Assembly (NCBI GenBank): GCA_965277715.1 | Contig: OZ255836.1 | Location: 1,920,001-1,984,000, forward strand | DNA length: 64,000 bases | Reading direction: 5' to 3' | Origin: Gammaproteobacteria bacterium | GTDB lineage: Bacteria > Pseudomonadota > Gammaproteobacteria > JBCCGL01 | Shown: positions 31,452-42,218 of the stretch, in pieces | Position numbering within the stretch: position 1 is the stretch's first letter | How the letters are laid out: the number at the start of each line of letters is the position of its first letter | Notes under the pieces: generated by a model | What the model saw: only the letters and a program-made list of their open reading frames with translations | The model's database searches: none | Told to the model about the DNA's origin: nothing | Made by a program: the position numbers and the translations under genes

Positions 31452-32669
31452 TTACCGACACGCATTATCCTCCGCAAAAATGACTTGTGTCGTGTGTAAA
31501 TCGTCTATTTTTTGCGGCGTATAGCCTAATGCCAGGAGTTTCTCGCGGGTATCCTGCCCGGTGCGTGGTGCAGCCCGGTTTTTCGTGGCGCCTGCGTAAG
31601 CCGAGAATTTGATTGGATCGCCCATTTGTCGGAGCGTGGTGCCGTCTTCGAGCGTTTCTTCCACCACCATATCCCGCGCCTGAATCTGTTCGTGCTCAGC
31701 GGCCTGGTTAATACTCAGCACGGGCGTTACACAAACGTCGTGACCGGCAAACAGTTCAAGCCAGTGATCTCTGGGTTCTGTGGCAAAAATTTCCTGCAAC
31801 ACGGCCTTCCATTTCGCTTGCAGTGGTTTGTCGTATAACTGTTGTAAAGCGCGCAGTTGTGGCCGTTCAAGGCAGCTAGCCAATGCCTCGACAAATTGCG
31901 GTTCCAGGCCACTGACCGCTATATAGCAATCATCCGCACAGCGGTAGTAATCGTAAAAGCTACCGCCGTTGAGCCATTCGCTCTCGTTTTCCGGGTCGAC
32001 CCCGGTAGCCAGTGCCGCCGCACCGGCCATACCATTCATAGCAAACATCGCGTCGGTCATACTGATATCGACGTGACTGCCCCGCCCGGTGCGCTGGCGG
32101 GCAATAACCGCCGCCAATACCCCCATCACTGCATGGTGACTGCCCCCGGCGAGGTCGGAGAACTGTGCGCCCAGTGGCAATGGCGCCTGCCCCTTACGCC
32201 CTGTGTAAGCGCTCATTCCGGCAACCGCCAGATAGTTCAGATCGTGCCCGGCACGCTGTGACCAAGGCCCCGTTTGTCCATACCCCGTCAGCGAACAATA
32301 AACCAGGCTGGGAAACAGCGACTGTACATCGTCATACCCAAGGCCCAGTTTTTTCATCACCCCAGGGCGAAATTGCTCTAGCACTATATCTGCCTGACCA
32401 ATCAGGTTTAGCGCAACTTCCCTCCCCTGTGCCGATTTGAGGTCGACGACCACCGAGTATTTATTGCGGTTGAGTTGCAGGTCAGCCACCGAGTGGCCCG
32501 CTACGAAGGGGGGCAGTGACTTGATTAGATCCGGGCGCGTTGGCGATTCTATTTTGATAATTTCAGCGCCCATATTGGCCAACAACATACTGGCATAGGG
32601 CCCAGGCAGCAGTGTAGAGAAATCAACGACGGTTAAACCCGCTAACGGGCCGTGGGTTTGTGTGCTCAT
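31452..32669 (-). CDS. CaiB/BaiF CoA-transferase family III (AMACR-like)
   Basis: LLPGPYA, LNRNK, FRPGVM, GYGQTGP, GHDLNY. Confidence 0.9.
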   Translation of the reverse strand: MSTQTHGPLAGLTVVDFSTLLPGPYASMLLANMGAEIIKIESPTRPDLIKSLPPFVAGHSVADLQLNRNKYSVVVDLKSAQGREVALNLIGQADIVLEQFRPGVMKKLGLGYDDVQSLFPSLVYCSLTGYGQTGPWSQRAGHDLNYLAVAGMSAYTGRKGQAPLPLGAQFSDLAGGSHHAVMGVLAAVIARQRTGRGSHVDISMTDAMFAMNGMAGAAALATGVDPENESEWLNGGSFYDYYRCADDCYIAVSGLEPQFVEALASCLERPQLRALQQLYDKPLQAKWKAVLQEIFATEPRDHWLELFAGHDVCVTPVLSINQAAEHEQIQARDMVVEETLEDGTTLRQMGDPIKFSAYAGATKNRAAPRTGQDTREKLLALGYTPQKIDDLHTTQVIFAEDNACR

Positions 32670-32746
32670 CAGTTTACGCTCAATCAAAACAAAAGCTGAA
32701 TTAATCCCTTAATTTGATTTATAGTTACGCCGTAGCAATCGACAGC

Positions 32747-32823
32747 GCGCCCGTAGCTCAGCTGGATAGAGTACCTGGCTTCGAACCAGGTGGTCGGGAG
32801 TTCGAATCTCTCCGGGCGCGCCA
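32747..32823 (+). tRNA. tRNA-Arg, anticodon TCG
   Basis: 77-nt cloverleaf with acceptor stem GCGCCCG/CGGGCGC, discriminator G and CCA; anticodon arm CCTGG-CT TCG AA-CCAGG; A20 Arg identity base; GTTCGAATC T arm. Confidence 0.95.
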
Positions 32824-32951
32824 AATTTATCATAAAAGCCAGATTGTCACGCAGTGTGTGTGTTTGCCTGTCCATTGTGTTTGCTCCCTTCGCTCCATAG
32901 TGCTAAACCTTTTTCATAGGATTGTGGAGGCCATTTCGCAATTTAACATTT

Positions 32952-33004
32952 ATAAGTTAAATCAGTGCATTTACGAATCCCGGAACTTATTTCGTGCACG
33001 TTCC
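32952..33004 (-). mobile_element. Partial MITE family A (left end, inverted)
   Basis: Reverse complement GGAACGTGCACGAAATAAGTTCCGGGATTCGTAAATGCAC... aligns to the copies at 21290 and 34595; TAA flank. Confidence 0.78.
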
Positions 33005-33118
33005 TTACCGAAAGGGAATATTTCAATTGATTAATGCGTTTTACCACACTAACATTCCTGATCGGGAACAATTACTCCATTTCCCCTTAAAGCCAGTCAA
33101 AATCTTACCGATCGGGCA
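33005..33118 (+). promoter_or_regulatory. Three degenerate palindromic operators upstream of hipB at 50-bp period
   Basis: TTACCGAAAGGGAA (33005), TTCCTGATCGGGAA (33055), TTACCGATCGGGCA (33105); ideal palindrome TTCCCGATCGGGAA. Confidence 0.72.
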
Positions 33119-33122
33119 TATT

Positions 33123-33356
33123 ATGCGGACTCCTAATAAAATAACACCCGCACAAATAGGGCTGTTTGTGCGCAATACGCGCAGAAAAATGGGTGTGACA
33201 CAGAAGGAGTTGGCACTTACTTCAAATACTGGCCTGCGTTTCATTGGTGACCTGGAAAGAGGTAAACCCACCTGTCAGATAGGTAAAGTGGTTGCTGTTC
33301 TGCAAACACTGGGCATTCAAATTGACCTTATTCCACCTATAGGTAGTGCGGAATAG
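33123..33356 (+). CDS. hipB: HipB-like Xre HTH antitoxin (y4mF type)
   Basis: TQKELA..GLRFIGDLERGKPTCQIGKV; directly upstream of hipA. Confidence 0.88.
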   Translation: MRTPNKITPAQIGLFVRNTRRKMGVTQKELALTSNTGLRFIGDLERGKPTCQIGKVVAVLQTLGIQIDLIPPIGSAE

Positions 33357-33361
33357 CAACG

Positions 33362-34594
33362 ATGAGGGTGCTGGATGTCTACCTTCTGCAACACCTTACC
33401 GGCCAACTAATTCAGGATGACAATGGCCATATGGTTTTTAGTTATAACAAAACCTGGCTCGCCAACCCCCACGCTATTGCACTGTCTTATTCATTGCCAT
33501 TGCGCGATAAACCGTTTACACGTGATGAGTGCCACGGTTTTTTTGCCGGTATTTTGCCCGAGGAAAACAAACGTGAACTGATTGCAAAAAACCTTGGTAT
33601 CAGTGCGCGCAATGATTTTGCCATGCTGGCCGAAATAGGGGGTGAGTGCGCCGGAGCAGTCACTTTTATCCAGACAGGAGAAGTAATAGCTGAGACAAAC
33701 CAAGGATACAGATCACTTTCAGACAGCGAAATTATCGGGGTTTTGCAGACCCTGCCAAGCCGCCCACTAATGGCCGGGGAGGATGAAATACGCCTTTCAC
33801 TCGCCGGTGCACAAGACAAACTGGCAATACATATCGATAATGGGCATATCGCTATGCCACTCAACGGCGCACCCAGCACACATATACTAAAGCCCCAGAT
33901 TGAGCATTTTGATAATGCGGTACTTAACGAATTCACCTGTATGCAACTGGCTAAATCGGCTGGCTTACATGTAGCCAATGTCGCTATAGAAACGACAGGG
34001 GGTATCGATTATTTGCTGATCGAGCGGTATGACCGATATAGCGATTCAAATGATCATATCAAACGCTTACACCAGGAAGATTTTTGCCAGGCGATGAACA
34101 TCACCTCAACGATGAAATATCAACGGGAAGGCGGCCCTTCATTAATGCAGTGCTTTTCCTTACTGCGCGCTGTTTCATCAGCACCTGTCATTGATCTTCA
34201 GCGTCTGTTGGATGGGGTTATCTTCAACTACTTAATTGGCAATAACGATGCACATGGCAAAAATTTTTCACTGCTCTACAGCAGAACTGGAGAAATCAGG
34301 CTTGCACCGTTTTACGACCTGCTCTGCACCGTTTATTACCCTGGTCTCAGTGCCAATATGGCGATGAAAATAGGCGGTACTTACGCGTTCGAATGGGTAT
34401 TCCCCCGGCACTTTAAAAAATTTGCCAAAGAAGCCGGGTTAACCCCATCCATCGTTGTAAAACGCGTTATCGAACTGGCTAACAGCGTCTTAAGCTGCTT
34501 ACCAAAAGTGATTATGGTGCACCCAGGTTGTGAAGGTATTACACAAAAAATAGAAACGCGGATAAATGCGGTCCTTACCCGGTTTTCTCACTAA
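33362..34594 (+). CDS. hipA: HipA serine/threonine kinase toxin
   Basis: SLAGAQDK, HILKP, ERYDR, HQEDFCQA, GNNDAHGKNFS, LAPFYD. Confidence 0.95.
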   Translation: MRVLDVYLLQHLTGQLIQDDNGHMVFSYNKTWLANPHAIALSYSLPLRDKPFTRDECHGFFAGILPEENKRELIAKNLGISARNDFAMLAEIGGECAGAVTFIQTGEVIAETNQGYRSLSDSEIIGVLQTLPSRPLMAGEDEIRLSLAGAQDKLAIHIDNGHIAMPLNGAPSTHILKPQIEHFDNAVLNEFTCMQLAKSAGLHVANVAIETTGGIDYLLIERYDRYSDSNDHIKRLHQEDFCQAMNITSTMKYQREGGPSLMQCFSLLRAVSSAPVIDLQRLLDGVIFNYLIGNNDAHGKNFSLLYSRTGEIRLAPFYDLLCTVYYPGLSANMAMKIGGTYAFEWVFPRHFKKFAKEAGLTPSIVVKRVIELANSVLSCLPKVIMVHPGCEGITQKIETRINAVLTRFSH

Positions 34595-34913
34595 GGAACG
34601 CGCACGAAATAAATGCCGGCGTTCGTAAATGGATTGATTTACCTTAACTGACTGAGTTGACTTGAGTGCGTTATTAAAAAATGACACACCATTGAACCTA
34701 AATTCCGCAGTTGAATCGTAGCGAGGGCGTCTAAGGGGCTGAAGATGAAGTGTTTTTACCCGCATTTTAGCCATCCTGTCGTGATTCTACAGGTGAAGCT
34801 GAAATGCTGGTTAAAGCGCTTTAGATTCTGTGCATTAGCTGCTCGCAGTAGATTCAACTGCGGAATTTAGGTTGAAATAACAATAAGAGCGGAAGTTATT
34901 TCGTGCAGGCACT
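34595..34913. mobile_element. MITE family A copy interrupted by a family B element
   Basis: Left end GGAACGCGCACGAAATAA right after the hipA TAA; internal TATTAAAAAATGACACAC shared with the 21290 copy; decayed right end TTATTTCGTGCAGG. Confidence 0.8.
34697..34871. mobile_element. MITE family B, 175 bp
   Basis: Perfect 21-bp TIRs CCTAAATTCCGCAGTTGAATC / GATTCAACTGCGGAATTTAGG; TTGAA duplicated at 34692-34696 and 34872-34876. Confidence 0.9.
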
Positions 34914-34915
34914 GA

Positions 34916-37057
34916 CTAATCACCATGAAACAACATATCCGCCCGAACACAACGCAACTCGCCATAGGTATACTGCCCATCCAGTAGCGTATAGACCGGC
35001 TTGAGTGCCTTCGACGCATCCACAGCATCAAGCTCAATCAGCGCATCCTGAATCGTTTCTATATCGGTATTTGAAAAAGACAGCGCCTCACCAATAGCCA
35101 GCTCACCTGTTTCAATCGCCTGGCTCGCGTGGCGGTAGATGGTGTCTTCGGTCAGCTCCCGTTCACGTGCAACCTGAACCACATCCAGGCCGGATTTCAG
35201 CATCGCCACTGATGTTTGTTGCGTATCACTAACACCGCCACCGCCTGATGTAACATCGACCGAATGCTGTTGAATAACACGCAAAAAATCAGCCCCGAAA
35301 CGTTCCAACTTCTTCCCACCGACACCACTAATCGCTAATAGCGCCTGTTCCGATTGAGGCATACGTTGCATCATCTCCATTAACGTTGCATCGTGAAATA
35401 TGGCATAGGGCGGCACATTATTGACTGTTGCCAATTGGCGGCGGCATTCACGCAAGGCCTCCCATAGCGCTGAACCGACTGGCGCATGTTCTTTCCTGCG
35501 AAGCTTCTGCCCAGGTTTTTGTTTATGCTCTCTGCGCAAAGCGACATTTTGTTCACCCCGCAAAATGGAGCGACATATCTCAGTCAACTGCAATGCACCA
35601 AATGCTTCGGCATTGACATGCAAATGACCGTGCGCGACCAATTGCCGAAAAACCGAACGCCATTGCTGGGCATCTAGCTCCTTACCGATGCCCCAGGTGC
35701 TGATGCGTTCATGGCCGTGTTGTCGAATTTTGGCCGTGTCCCTGCCAAGCAACACATCGACAAGATGACTCACACCAAAACGCTGACCGCTTCTGTACAC
35801 ACACGACAAGGCCTTGCGCACCGCCTCAGTCGCATCCCAGGTTTCAGCCGGATTCAGACAGGCATCACAGTTACCACACGCTTGTTCACGCGTTTCACCA
35901 AAATAATTCAACAAAACCTGCCGACGGCAGGTGGTGACTTCGCAAAAACCCAGCATAGCCTCCAGCTTATGCCGCTCGACACGTTTATGCTCATCGTCCG
36001 CCTCTGAGTTATCGAGCATTTGTCGCAGTTTGATTACATCCTGTAAGCCATACACCATCCACGCGGTCGCCGGTTCGCCATCGCGCCCGCCACGCCCGGT
36101 TTCCTGGTAGTACGCTTCGATGCTTTTGGGTAAATCCAAATGCGCAACAAAACGCACGTCTGGCTTGTCGATCCCCATACCAAAGGCAATGGTGGCAACG
36201 ATAATGACACCCTCTTCATTGAGAAAGCGCCTCTGGTGCAGTGCACGATCCCCGGTGCTCATACCCGCATGGTAGGGCAGTGCATTGTAGCCTTTGGCAC
36301 TTAACCAGGCCGCCGTGGAATCCACTTTCGAGCGACTCAAACAATAGACAATGCCCGCATCATTGCGGTGGTTATTGTGCAAAAAGTGCAATAACTGCGT
36401 TTTTACGTTTTGCTTTTCAGTGATGCGGTACTGGATATTCGGCCGATCAAAACTGCGCACAAAAACCTGCGCGTTATTCAGTGCGAGTCGTTCGATAATT
36501 TCTTTGCGCGTGCGCGCATCCGCCGTCGCGGTCAGAGCGATACGAGGCACCGAGGGGAACTGTTCGGCCAGGATGTTTAGCTGCAAATAGTCCGCACGAA
36601 AATCGTGCCCCCATTGCGATACGCAGTGCGCTTCATCGATAGCAAACAAAGCGATAGGGCAACGTGACAGCAAATTCAGTGTATAGGTCTGATTGAGCCG
36701 CTCTGGCGCCAAATAAAGCAAATCCAGGTCACCTGCCGCCAGCCGGGCTTCAATATCGCGCACACTGACGGCATCCAGCGTCGAGTTAAGAAAGGCGGCG
36801 TTCAGGTCCAGTTGCTGGAGGGCGGCAACCTGATCCTGCATCAAGGCGATAAGCGGGGAGATAACCACCCCAACACCCTGGCGCAATAAAGCGGGAATTT
36901 GATAACACAGCGATTTACCGCCGCCCGTCGGCATCAATACCAGCGCATCCCCTCCCTCAACCAGCAAATCGATAACGGCTTCCTGTGGCTCGCGAAACGC
37001 AGGGTAGCCGAATACATTATTCAGTAAATCAAGGGAGGTGTTATTCATGGTGGGCAT
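34916..37057 (-). CDS. recQ: DNA helicase RecQ (HRDC domain plus extra C-terminal HTH-like tail)
   Basis: [40 protein letters not shown]. Confidence 0.96.
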   Translation of the reverse strand: MPTMNNTSLDLLNNVFGYPAFREPQEAVIDLLVEGGDALVLMPTGGGKSLCYQIPALLRQGVGVVISPLIALMQDQVAALQQLDLNAAFLNSTLDAVSVRDIEARLAAGDLDLLYLAPERLNQTYTLNLLSRCPIALFAIDEAHCVSQWGHDFRADYLQLNILAEQFPSVPRIALTATADARTRKEIIERLALNNAQVFVRSFDRPNIQYRITEKQNVKTQLLHFLHNNHRNDAGIVYCLSRSKVDSTAAWLSAKGYNALPYHAGMSTGDRALHQRRFLNEEGVIIVATIAFGMGIDKPDVRFVAHLDLPKSIEAYYQETGRGGRDGEPATAWMVYGLQDVIKLRQMLDNSEADDEHKRVERHKLEAMLGFCEVTTCRRQVLLNYFGETREQACGNCDACLNPAETWDATEAVRKALSCVYRSGQRFGVSHLVDVLLGRDTAKIRQHGHERISTWGIGKELDAQQWRSVFRQLVAHGHLHVNAEAFGALQLTEICRSILRGEQNVALRREHKQKPGQKLRRKEHAPVGSALWEALRECRRQLATVNNVPPYAIFHDATLMEMMQRMPQSEQALLAISGVGGKKLERFGADFLRVIQQHSVDVTSGGGGVSDTQQTSVAMLKSGLDVVQVARERELTEDTIYRHASQAIETGELAIGEALSFSNTDIETIQDALIELDAVDASKALKPVYTLLDGQYTYGELRCVRADMLFHGD

Positions 37058-37228
37058 TGTCGTTGCTTACTTTCCATAGTGGTGTGATGTGATAAGGGTA
37101 TCGCTCTTCGACAGTTAATCTACTCCAGATTAAATGCATTTGCCATAAGTGTTTGCATAGAAACAGTTGGTAAACTAGTACACCGCCTACCTGATACTGA
37201 TTACCAAGGTAGCCTGACGATTGTGTTT

Positions 37229-38326
37229 CTACCCTGAAAATACAGCCTCGCCAAGCACACTGTAATCGGGTTCTACGCCAAGCCCCGGTCTATCACTCAT
37301 AAACATTTTCCCCTCTTCAATGGTGGGGCCACCCGAGGCAATCGCCACGCTGTGGTATTCGTGAAACGCCGATGATTGAAAATGAAAGCTGTCCGGTGTT
37401 GAATGCGCCAAATGCGCAATTGCCGCCGTGGCAATTTCCCCTCCCCAGGAATCCTCAATAGTCATCACAATGCCCAGTGACACACAGAGGTCTCTGAACT
37501 GCCTGGCACGCGTAATACCACCTACCCGGTTTATCTTTAAGTTAACCAGATCCATCGCCCGATCCTGATAACCGCGAATCAGCATTTCGAGGCTATCCAT
37601 GCATTCATCAAGGATAATCGGGTGGTCAGTGTGCTGTCGAACGGCCAGGCATTCCTCATAAGAGGTACAGGGCTGTTCTATATAGACATCGACATCGCGA
37701 ACAGCCTTGACCACCCTGATCGCCTCGTGTTGTTGCCAGCCGGTGTTGGCGTCCGCCGCGAGGATATTACCGGGGCGGAGGTTTGCAGCCACCTGATGAA
37801 TACGCTCGATATCATCATTGGCATTGGCACCCACTTTCATTTGAAATTGTTTGAACCCCTGATCCTGGTAGTCGTTGATTTTTTGTGCCATCACAGTCGC
37901 ATCCTGGCGCGTGACGACTTTAAACAGCTTGATTTTTTCCTGTAGCAAACCACCCAATAACCGGTACACAGGTTGGCCGGTGGCCTTGCCGAGAATATCC
38001 CAACAGGCCATATCAATCGCCGATTTGGCATAAGGGTGGCCTTTTAATAAATCATCCATGTGGTGGTTGAGCTTGAGGATATCGAGTGGGTTTTGGCCAA
38101 TCAGGCCGGGAGTCAGTTGTTTGATCCCCGTGCGGGCGCCCTCGGCATAGGCGGGTAAATAAGATGGCCCAAGCGGGCAGGTTTCGCCAACCCCTGTTAT
38201 CCCCTGGTCGGTTTCAATCACCACGACCGTGCTGTCGAAAGCGGAAAAAGATTGTGTCGACCAACTGTATGACCCTTCCTTTAGAGGAAGATCAACCTGG
38301 TAAATGTTTAACCCGGTAATTTTCAT
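37229..38326 (-). CDS. Enolase superfamily (MR/MLE) enzyme, cis-3-hydroxy-L-proline dehydratase / HpbD-like
   Basis: GETCPLGPSYLPAY, FQMKVG, DAN, EQP, DE, IEDSWGG; exact substrate uncertain. Confidence 0.75.
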   Translation of the reverse strand: MKITGLNIYQVDLPLKEGSYSWSTQSFSAFDSTVVVIETDQGITGVGETCPLGPSYLPAYAEGARTGIKQLTPGLIGQNPLDILKLNHHMDDLLKGHPYAKSAIDMACWDILGKATGQPVYRLLGGLLQEKIKLFKVVTRQDATVMAQKINDYQDQGFKQFQMKVGANANDDIERIHQVAANLRPGNILAADANTGWQQHEAIRVVKAVRDVDVYIEQPCTSYEECLAVRQHTDHPIILDECMDSLEMLIRGYQDRAMDLVNLKINRVGGITRARQFRDLCVSLGIVMTIEDSWGGEIATAAIAHLAHSTPDSFHFQSSAFHEYHSVAIASGGPTIEEGKMFMSDRPGLGVEPDYSVLGEAVFSG

Positions 38327-38560
38327 AGGTATTTATGCTTCTTCATTTAATTTTCTCCCGCCAGGAGTCTGTCGGATTCAGGACTGCTCTACTGCGGAAA
38401 AGCCGGTTTGGCCCTTGTATTATGATGTGTACAATTCATCAACGCCATTATTCGTATTGTCCCCCAATGGTTTTATTCTATTCTTTGGGCAGTTGCGTTA
38501 ATAGTGGTTTATAAGGCTTTATCCCTGATATTTTAAACGCCATAAAAACACCCTTCATAA

Positions 38561-38586
38561 AATTGACGTTTACGTAAACGTCAATT
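38561..38586. promoter_or_regulatory. LiuR (MerR family) operator overlapping a TTGACG -35 element
   Basis: Perfect 26-bp palindrome AATTGACGTTTACGTAAACGTCAATT just upstream of liuA. Confidence 0.85.
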
Positions 38587-38623
38587 AACATCACGCCAAA
38601 TACAACGCAACAGGAACACCACC

Positions 38624-39793
38624 ATGTTGAGCGGTTACCCCACCCTGGATTTCCATCTCGGCGAAAACGCCGACCTACTCCTGGAATCTGTACACCACTT
38701 CGCCGAGAACGAAATCGCCCCGCTGGCCGCCGATATAGACCGCAACAATGCATTTCCACTCGCCTTGTGGAAAGCGCTGGGCGATATGGGCCTGCTCGGT
38801 ATTACCGCCAGCGAGGAATACGGCGGTGCTGGTATGGGGTATCTCGAACACACACTGGCCATGCAGATGATCAGCCGTGCATCTGCATCGGTGGGTTTAT
38901 CTTACGGGGCGCACTCAAACCTCTGTGTCAATCAAATTCACCGCAATGGCAATCCGGCGCAGAAGAGACATTACCTGCCAAAATTAATCAGTGGCGAACA
39001 TATTGGTGCCTTGGCGATGAGCGAGCCCGGCTCTGGCTCAGATGTGGTCAGTATGCGGTTGCGCGCCGACAAACACGGTGATCACTATCGCCTCAATGGC
39101 AATAAAATGTGGATCACCAACGGCCCGGATGCCGATGTATTAGTGGTTTACGCCAAAACCGATGCGGAGGCTGGCCCACACGGTATCAGCGCATTTATTG
39201 TGGAGAAAGGCTTTGCCGGTTTTTCCACTGCGCAAAAGCTCGACAAGCTCGGTATGCGCGGTTCCAACACCTGCGAGCTTATTTTTAAAGACTGCGATGT
39301 CCCCGAAGAGAACCTGCTGGGAAACCCGGGCAGCGGGGTTAAGGTGCTGATGAGTGGCCTCGATTACGAGCGCATTGTGCTTTCCGGCGGCCCGCTTGGT
39401 ATCATGGATAGCTGTATGGATGCGGTGTTACCGTATATTCACCAGCGCAGCCAGTTTGGCCAGGCCATCGGTACTTTCGAGTTGATGCAGGGAAAAATCG
39501 CCGATATGTATACCACCATGAACGCCAGCAAGGCGTATGTATACGCCGTGGCCAAGGCGGCTGACCGTGGCCACACCACACGTAAAGACGCCGCTGGTGC
39601 GATTCTCTACACGGCTGAAAAAGCCACTTGGATGGCACTTGAGGCAATCCAGTCGCTGGGGGGTAACGGCTACACCAACGATTACCCTGTAGGCCGTTTG
39701 CTACGCGATGCCAAACTGTATGAAATAGGGGCTGGCACCAGCGAAATCCGCCGTATGTTGATTGGCCGGGAATTGTTTGCCGACACGGTTTAG
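38624..39793 (+). CDS. liuA: Isovaleryl-CoA dehydrogenase
   Basis: [41 protein letters not shown]. Confidence 0.95.
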   Translation: MLSGYPTLDFHLGENADLLLESVHHFAENEIAPLAADIDRNNAFPLALWKALGDMGLLGITASEEYGGAGMGYLEHTLAMQMISRASASVGLSYGAHSNLCVNQIHRNGNPAQKRHYLPKLISGEHIGALAMSEPGSGSDVVSMRLRADKHGDHYRLNGNKMWITNGPDADVLVVYAKTDAEAGPHGISAFIVEKGFAGFSTAQKLDKLGMRGSNTCELIFKDCDVPEENLLGNPGSGVKVLMSGLDYERIVLSGGPLGIMDSCMDAVLPYIHQRSQFGQAIGTFELMQGKIADMYTTMNASKAYVYAVAKAADRGHTTRKDAAGAILYTAEKATWMALEAIQSLGGNGYTNDYPVGRLLRDAKLYEIGAGTSEIRRMLIGRELFADTV

Positions 39794-39844
39794 TCACCCT
39801 ATTTAACTATTTTATTCAAATATTTATCAGGAATACTTAATCCC

Positions 39845-41029
39845 GTGAACCATGATCCCATTGTCATCGTCAGCGCAGCCCGTACCCCTATGGGCGGGTT
39901 TCAAGGCGCGCTGTCTAATGTGCGCGCCGCCGATTTGGGCGCCTGCGCCATTCGTGGCGCAATCGCCCGCGCCGGTATCGATGCCAGCGATGTGACAGAG
40001 GTTATTATGGGCTGCGTGCTGCCCGCCGGTCAGGGACAGGCACCCGCCCGCCAGGCATCGCTCGGTGCCGGTGTGCCAAAGTCCAGCGGCTGCACTACCG
40101 TGAATAAAATGTGCGGTTCAGGGATGAAAGCGGCGATGTTTGCACACGATGCACTGTGCGCAGGAAGCGCCGACATCATCGTTGCCGGCGGCATGGAAAG
40201 TATGAGCAACGCACCGTATTTACTGCCCAAGGCACGCGCTGGCCTGCGTATGGGGCATGCAAAAATGCTCGACCATATGTTTCTAGATGGCCTTGAAGAT
40301 GCCTACCAAACAGGGCATTTGATGGGCAGCTTTGCCGAGCAGACAGCCGCCCACTACGGCTTTAGCCGCGAGGCACAGGATGCCTTTGCCATCGAATCGC
40401 TGCAACGGGCGCGCACCGCCATTGATGCGGGCTGGTTTAATAACGAAATTGAAGCGCTGACATTTAGCACACGCAAAGGCGATATCACCGTCGATCAGGA
40501 TGAACAGCCACACAAAGCCAACCTGGAAAAAATTCCTCATCTAAAACCCGCTTTTGCGCCGGATGGCACAGTGACTGCCGCCAATTCCAGCTCGATTTCT
40601 GACGGTGCCGCCGCACTGGTGATGATGCGCGAGTCCAAAGCCGAGCGCCATCACTTAACCCCGCTGGTACGCGTTTTAGGTCACCACACCTACGCGCATG
40701 AACCAGGCTGGTTTACCACGGCCCCTATCTATGCGATAAAAGGTCTGCTGGAAAAAATCGGTAGCACGCCTAACGATATTGACCTGTACGAAATTAACGA
40801 GGCATTTGCCGTGGTTACGATGGCGACGATGCAAACGCTGAATTTGCCTCACCCGCAAGTGAATGTACACGGGGGCGCCTGTGCACTCGGCCACCCGATT
40901 GGCGCCTCTGGTGCGCGTATTATGGCAAGCTTAATCCATGCACTGCATCAGTACGATAAGCCACGTGGCATCGCCTCTTTGTGTATCGGCGGCGGTGAGG
41001 CCACGGCCATCGCGCTGGAAAAGCTATAG
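39845..41029 (+). CDS. Acetyl-CoA C-acyltransferase (thiolase)
   Basis: [24 protein letters not shown]. Confidence 0.95.
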   Translation: MNHDPIVIVSAARTPMGGFQGALSNVRAADLGACAIRGAIARAGIDASDVTEVIMGCVLPAGQGQAPARQASLGAGVPKSSGCTTVNKMCGSGMKAAMFAHDALCAGSADIIVAGGMESMSNAPYLLPKARAGLRMGHAKMLDHMFLDGLEDAYQTGHLMGSFAEQTAAHYGFSREAQDAFAIESLQRARTAIDAGWFNNEIEALTFSTRKGDITVDQDEQPHKANLEKIPHLKPAFAPDGTVTAANSSSISDGAAALVMMRESKAERHHLTPLVRVLGHHTYAHEPGWFTTAPIYAIKGLLEKIGSTPNDIDLYEINEAFAVVTMATMQTLNLPHPQVNVHGGACALGHPIGASGARIMASLIHALHQYDKPRGIASLCIGGGEATAIALEKL

Positions 41030-41056
41030 GCCACCACGCCTTAACCGAAAATAACA

Positions 41057-42205
41057 ATGCGCTATACAGACGAACAACTGATGATCCGCGATATGGCGCA
41101 GCGCTTTGCGCAAAAGGAAATCGCCCCCTATGCCGCCAAATGGGATAGAGACAGCACCTTCCCCGCGCAGGCCATCCGGCAAATGGGGGAGCTGGGACTG
41201 CTCGGTATGTTAGTCCCGGAACAATACGGTGGCGTCAATTGCGACAATATCGCCTACTCGCTGGCGCTGGAGGAAATTGCCGCCGCCGACGGCGCCTGCT
41301 CCACCATAATGAGTGTGCACAACTCAGTGGGGTGTCTGCCGATACTGCGGTTTGGCAGCGAGGCGCAAAAACAGCGCTATTTAAAACCGATGGCGCGGGG
41401 CGGGAAACTCGGCGCCTTTGCCCTGACCGAGCCGCACACCGGCTCCGATGCCGCCAATATTAACACCCGTGCGCAGCGCGACGGTGAATACTATCGACTC
41501 ACTGGCAGCAAACAGTTTGTTACCTCCGGTAGCCAGGCCGACATCTGCATCGTTTTTGCGGTAACCGATGCGAGCGCGGGCAAGCGCGGTATCAGCGCTT
41601 TTATTGTGCCCACCGACACCCCCGGCTATCAGGTAGCCACGCTTGAGCGAAAGCTCGGCCAACACGCCTCAGATACGGCGCAGATAGTCTTTGACCAGTG
41701 CCGCGTTGCCGCCACACAACGCCTTGGCGACGAAGGTCAGGGCTATAAAATTGCCCTGGCGAATCTTGAAGGTGGCCGTATTGGCATCGCCTCACAATCG
41801 GTTGGCATGGCGCGTGCGGCGATGCGCGCAGCGATTGATTACGCCCAACAGCGCAGCGCCTTTGGCAAACCGATTTTCGCGCAGCAGAGCATCGCCCACA
41901 AACTCGCCGATATGGCAACGCAAATCGATGCGGCGCGCCTGCTGACCCACCGCGCCGCCGCGCTGCGGGATGCCCGGCTACCCTGCTTGACCGAATCGTC
42001 AATGGCCAAACTGTTCGCCTCGGAAATGGCCGAAAAAGTCTGCTCGCAGGCGATTCAAATCCACGGTGGCTACGGCTACTTAAACGACTTTCCCGTAGAG
42101 AAAATCTACCGTGATGTGCGCGTGGCGCAAATTTACGAAGGCACCAGTGAAATTCAACGGCTGGTTATCAGCCGCTCGCTGTGTGGATCGACACTGACAA
42201 CATAA
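41057..42205 (+). CDS. Short/branched-chain acyl-CoA dehydrogenase
   Basis: [33 protein letters not shown]. Confidence 0.92.
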   Translation: MRYTDEQLMIRDMAQRFAQKEIAPYAAKWDRDSTFPAQAIRQMGELGLLGMLVPEQYGGVNCDNIAYSLALEEIAAADGACSTIMSVHNSVGCLPILRFGSEAQKQRYLKPMARGGKLGAFALTEPHTGSDAANINTRAQRDGEYYRLTGSKQFVTSGSQADICIVFAVTDASAGKRGISAFIVPTDTPGYQVATLERKLGQHASDTAQIVFDQCRVAATQRLGDEGQGYKIALANLEGGRIGIASQSVGMARAAMRAAIDYAQQRSAFGKPIFAQQSIAHKLADMATQIDAARLLTHRAAALRDARLPCLTESSMAKLFASEMAEKVCSQAIQIHGGYGYLNDFPVEKIYRDVRVAQIYEGTSEIQRLVISRSLCGSTLTT

Positions 42206-42218
42206 CTGGTACTACATT

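Noticed and set aside
32684-33034. Track ORFs 32684-32875 (-) and 32714-33034 (+)
   Set aside because: They overlap the tRNA and the MITE; the YE.R.LFRARSL peptide shared with ORF 34499-34774 is translated MITE sequence
32824-34915. Integrase-type genomic island or prophage at the tRNA
   Set aside because: No recombinase, no phage genes and no duplicated tRNA 3' end seen
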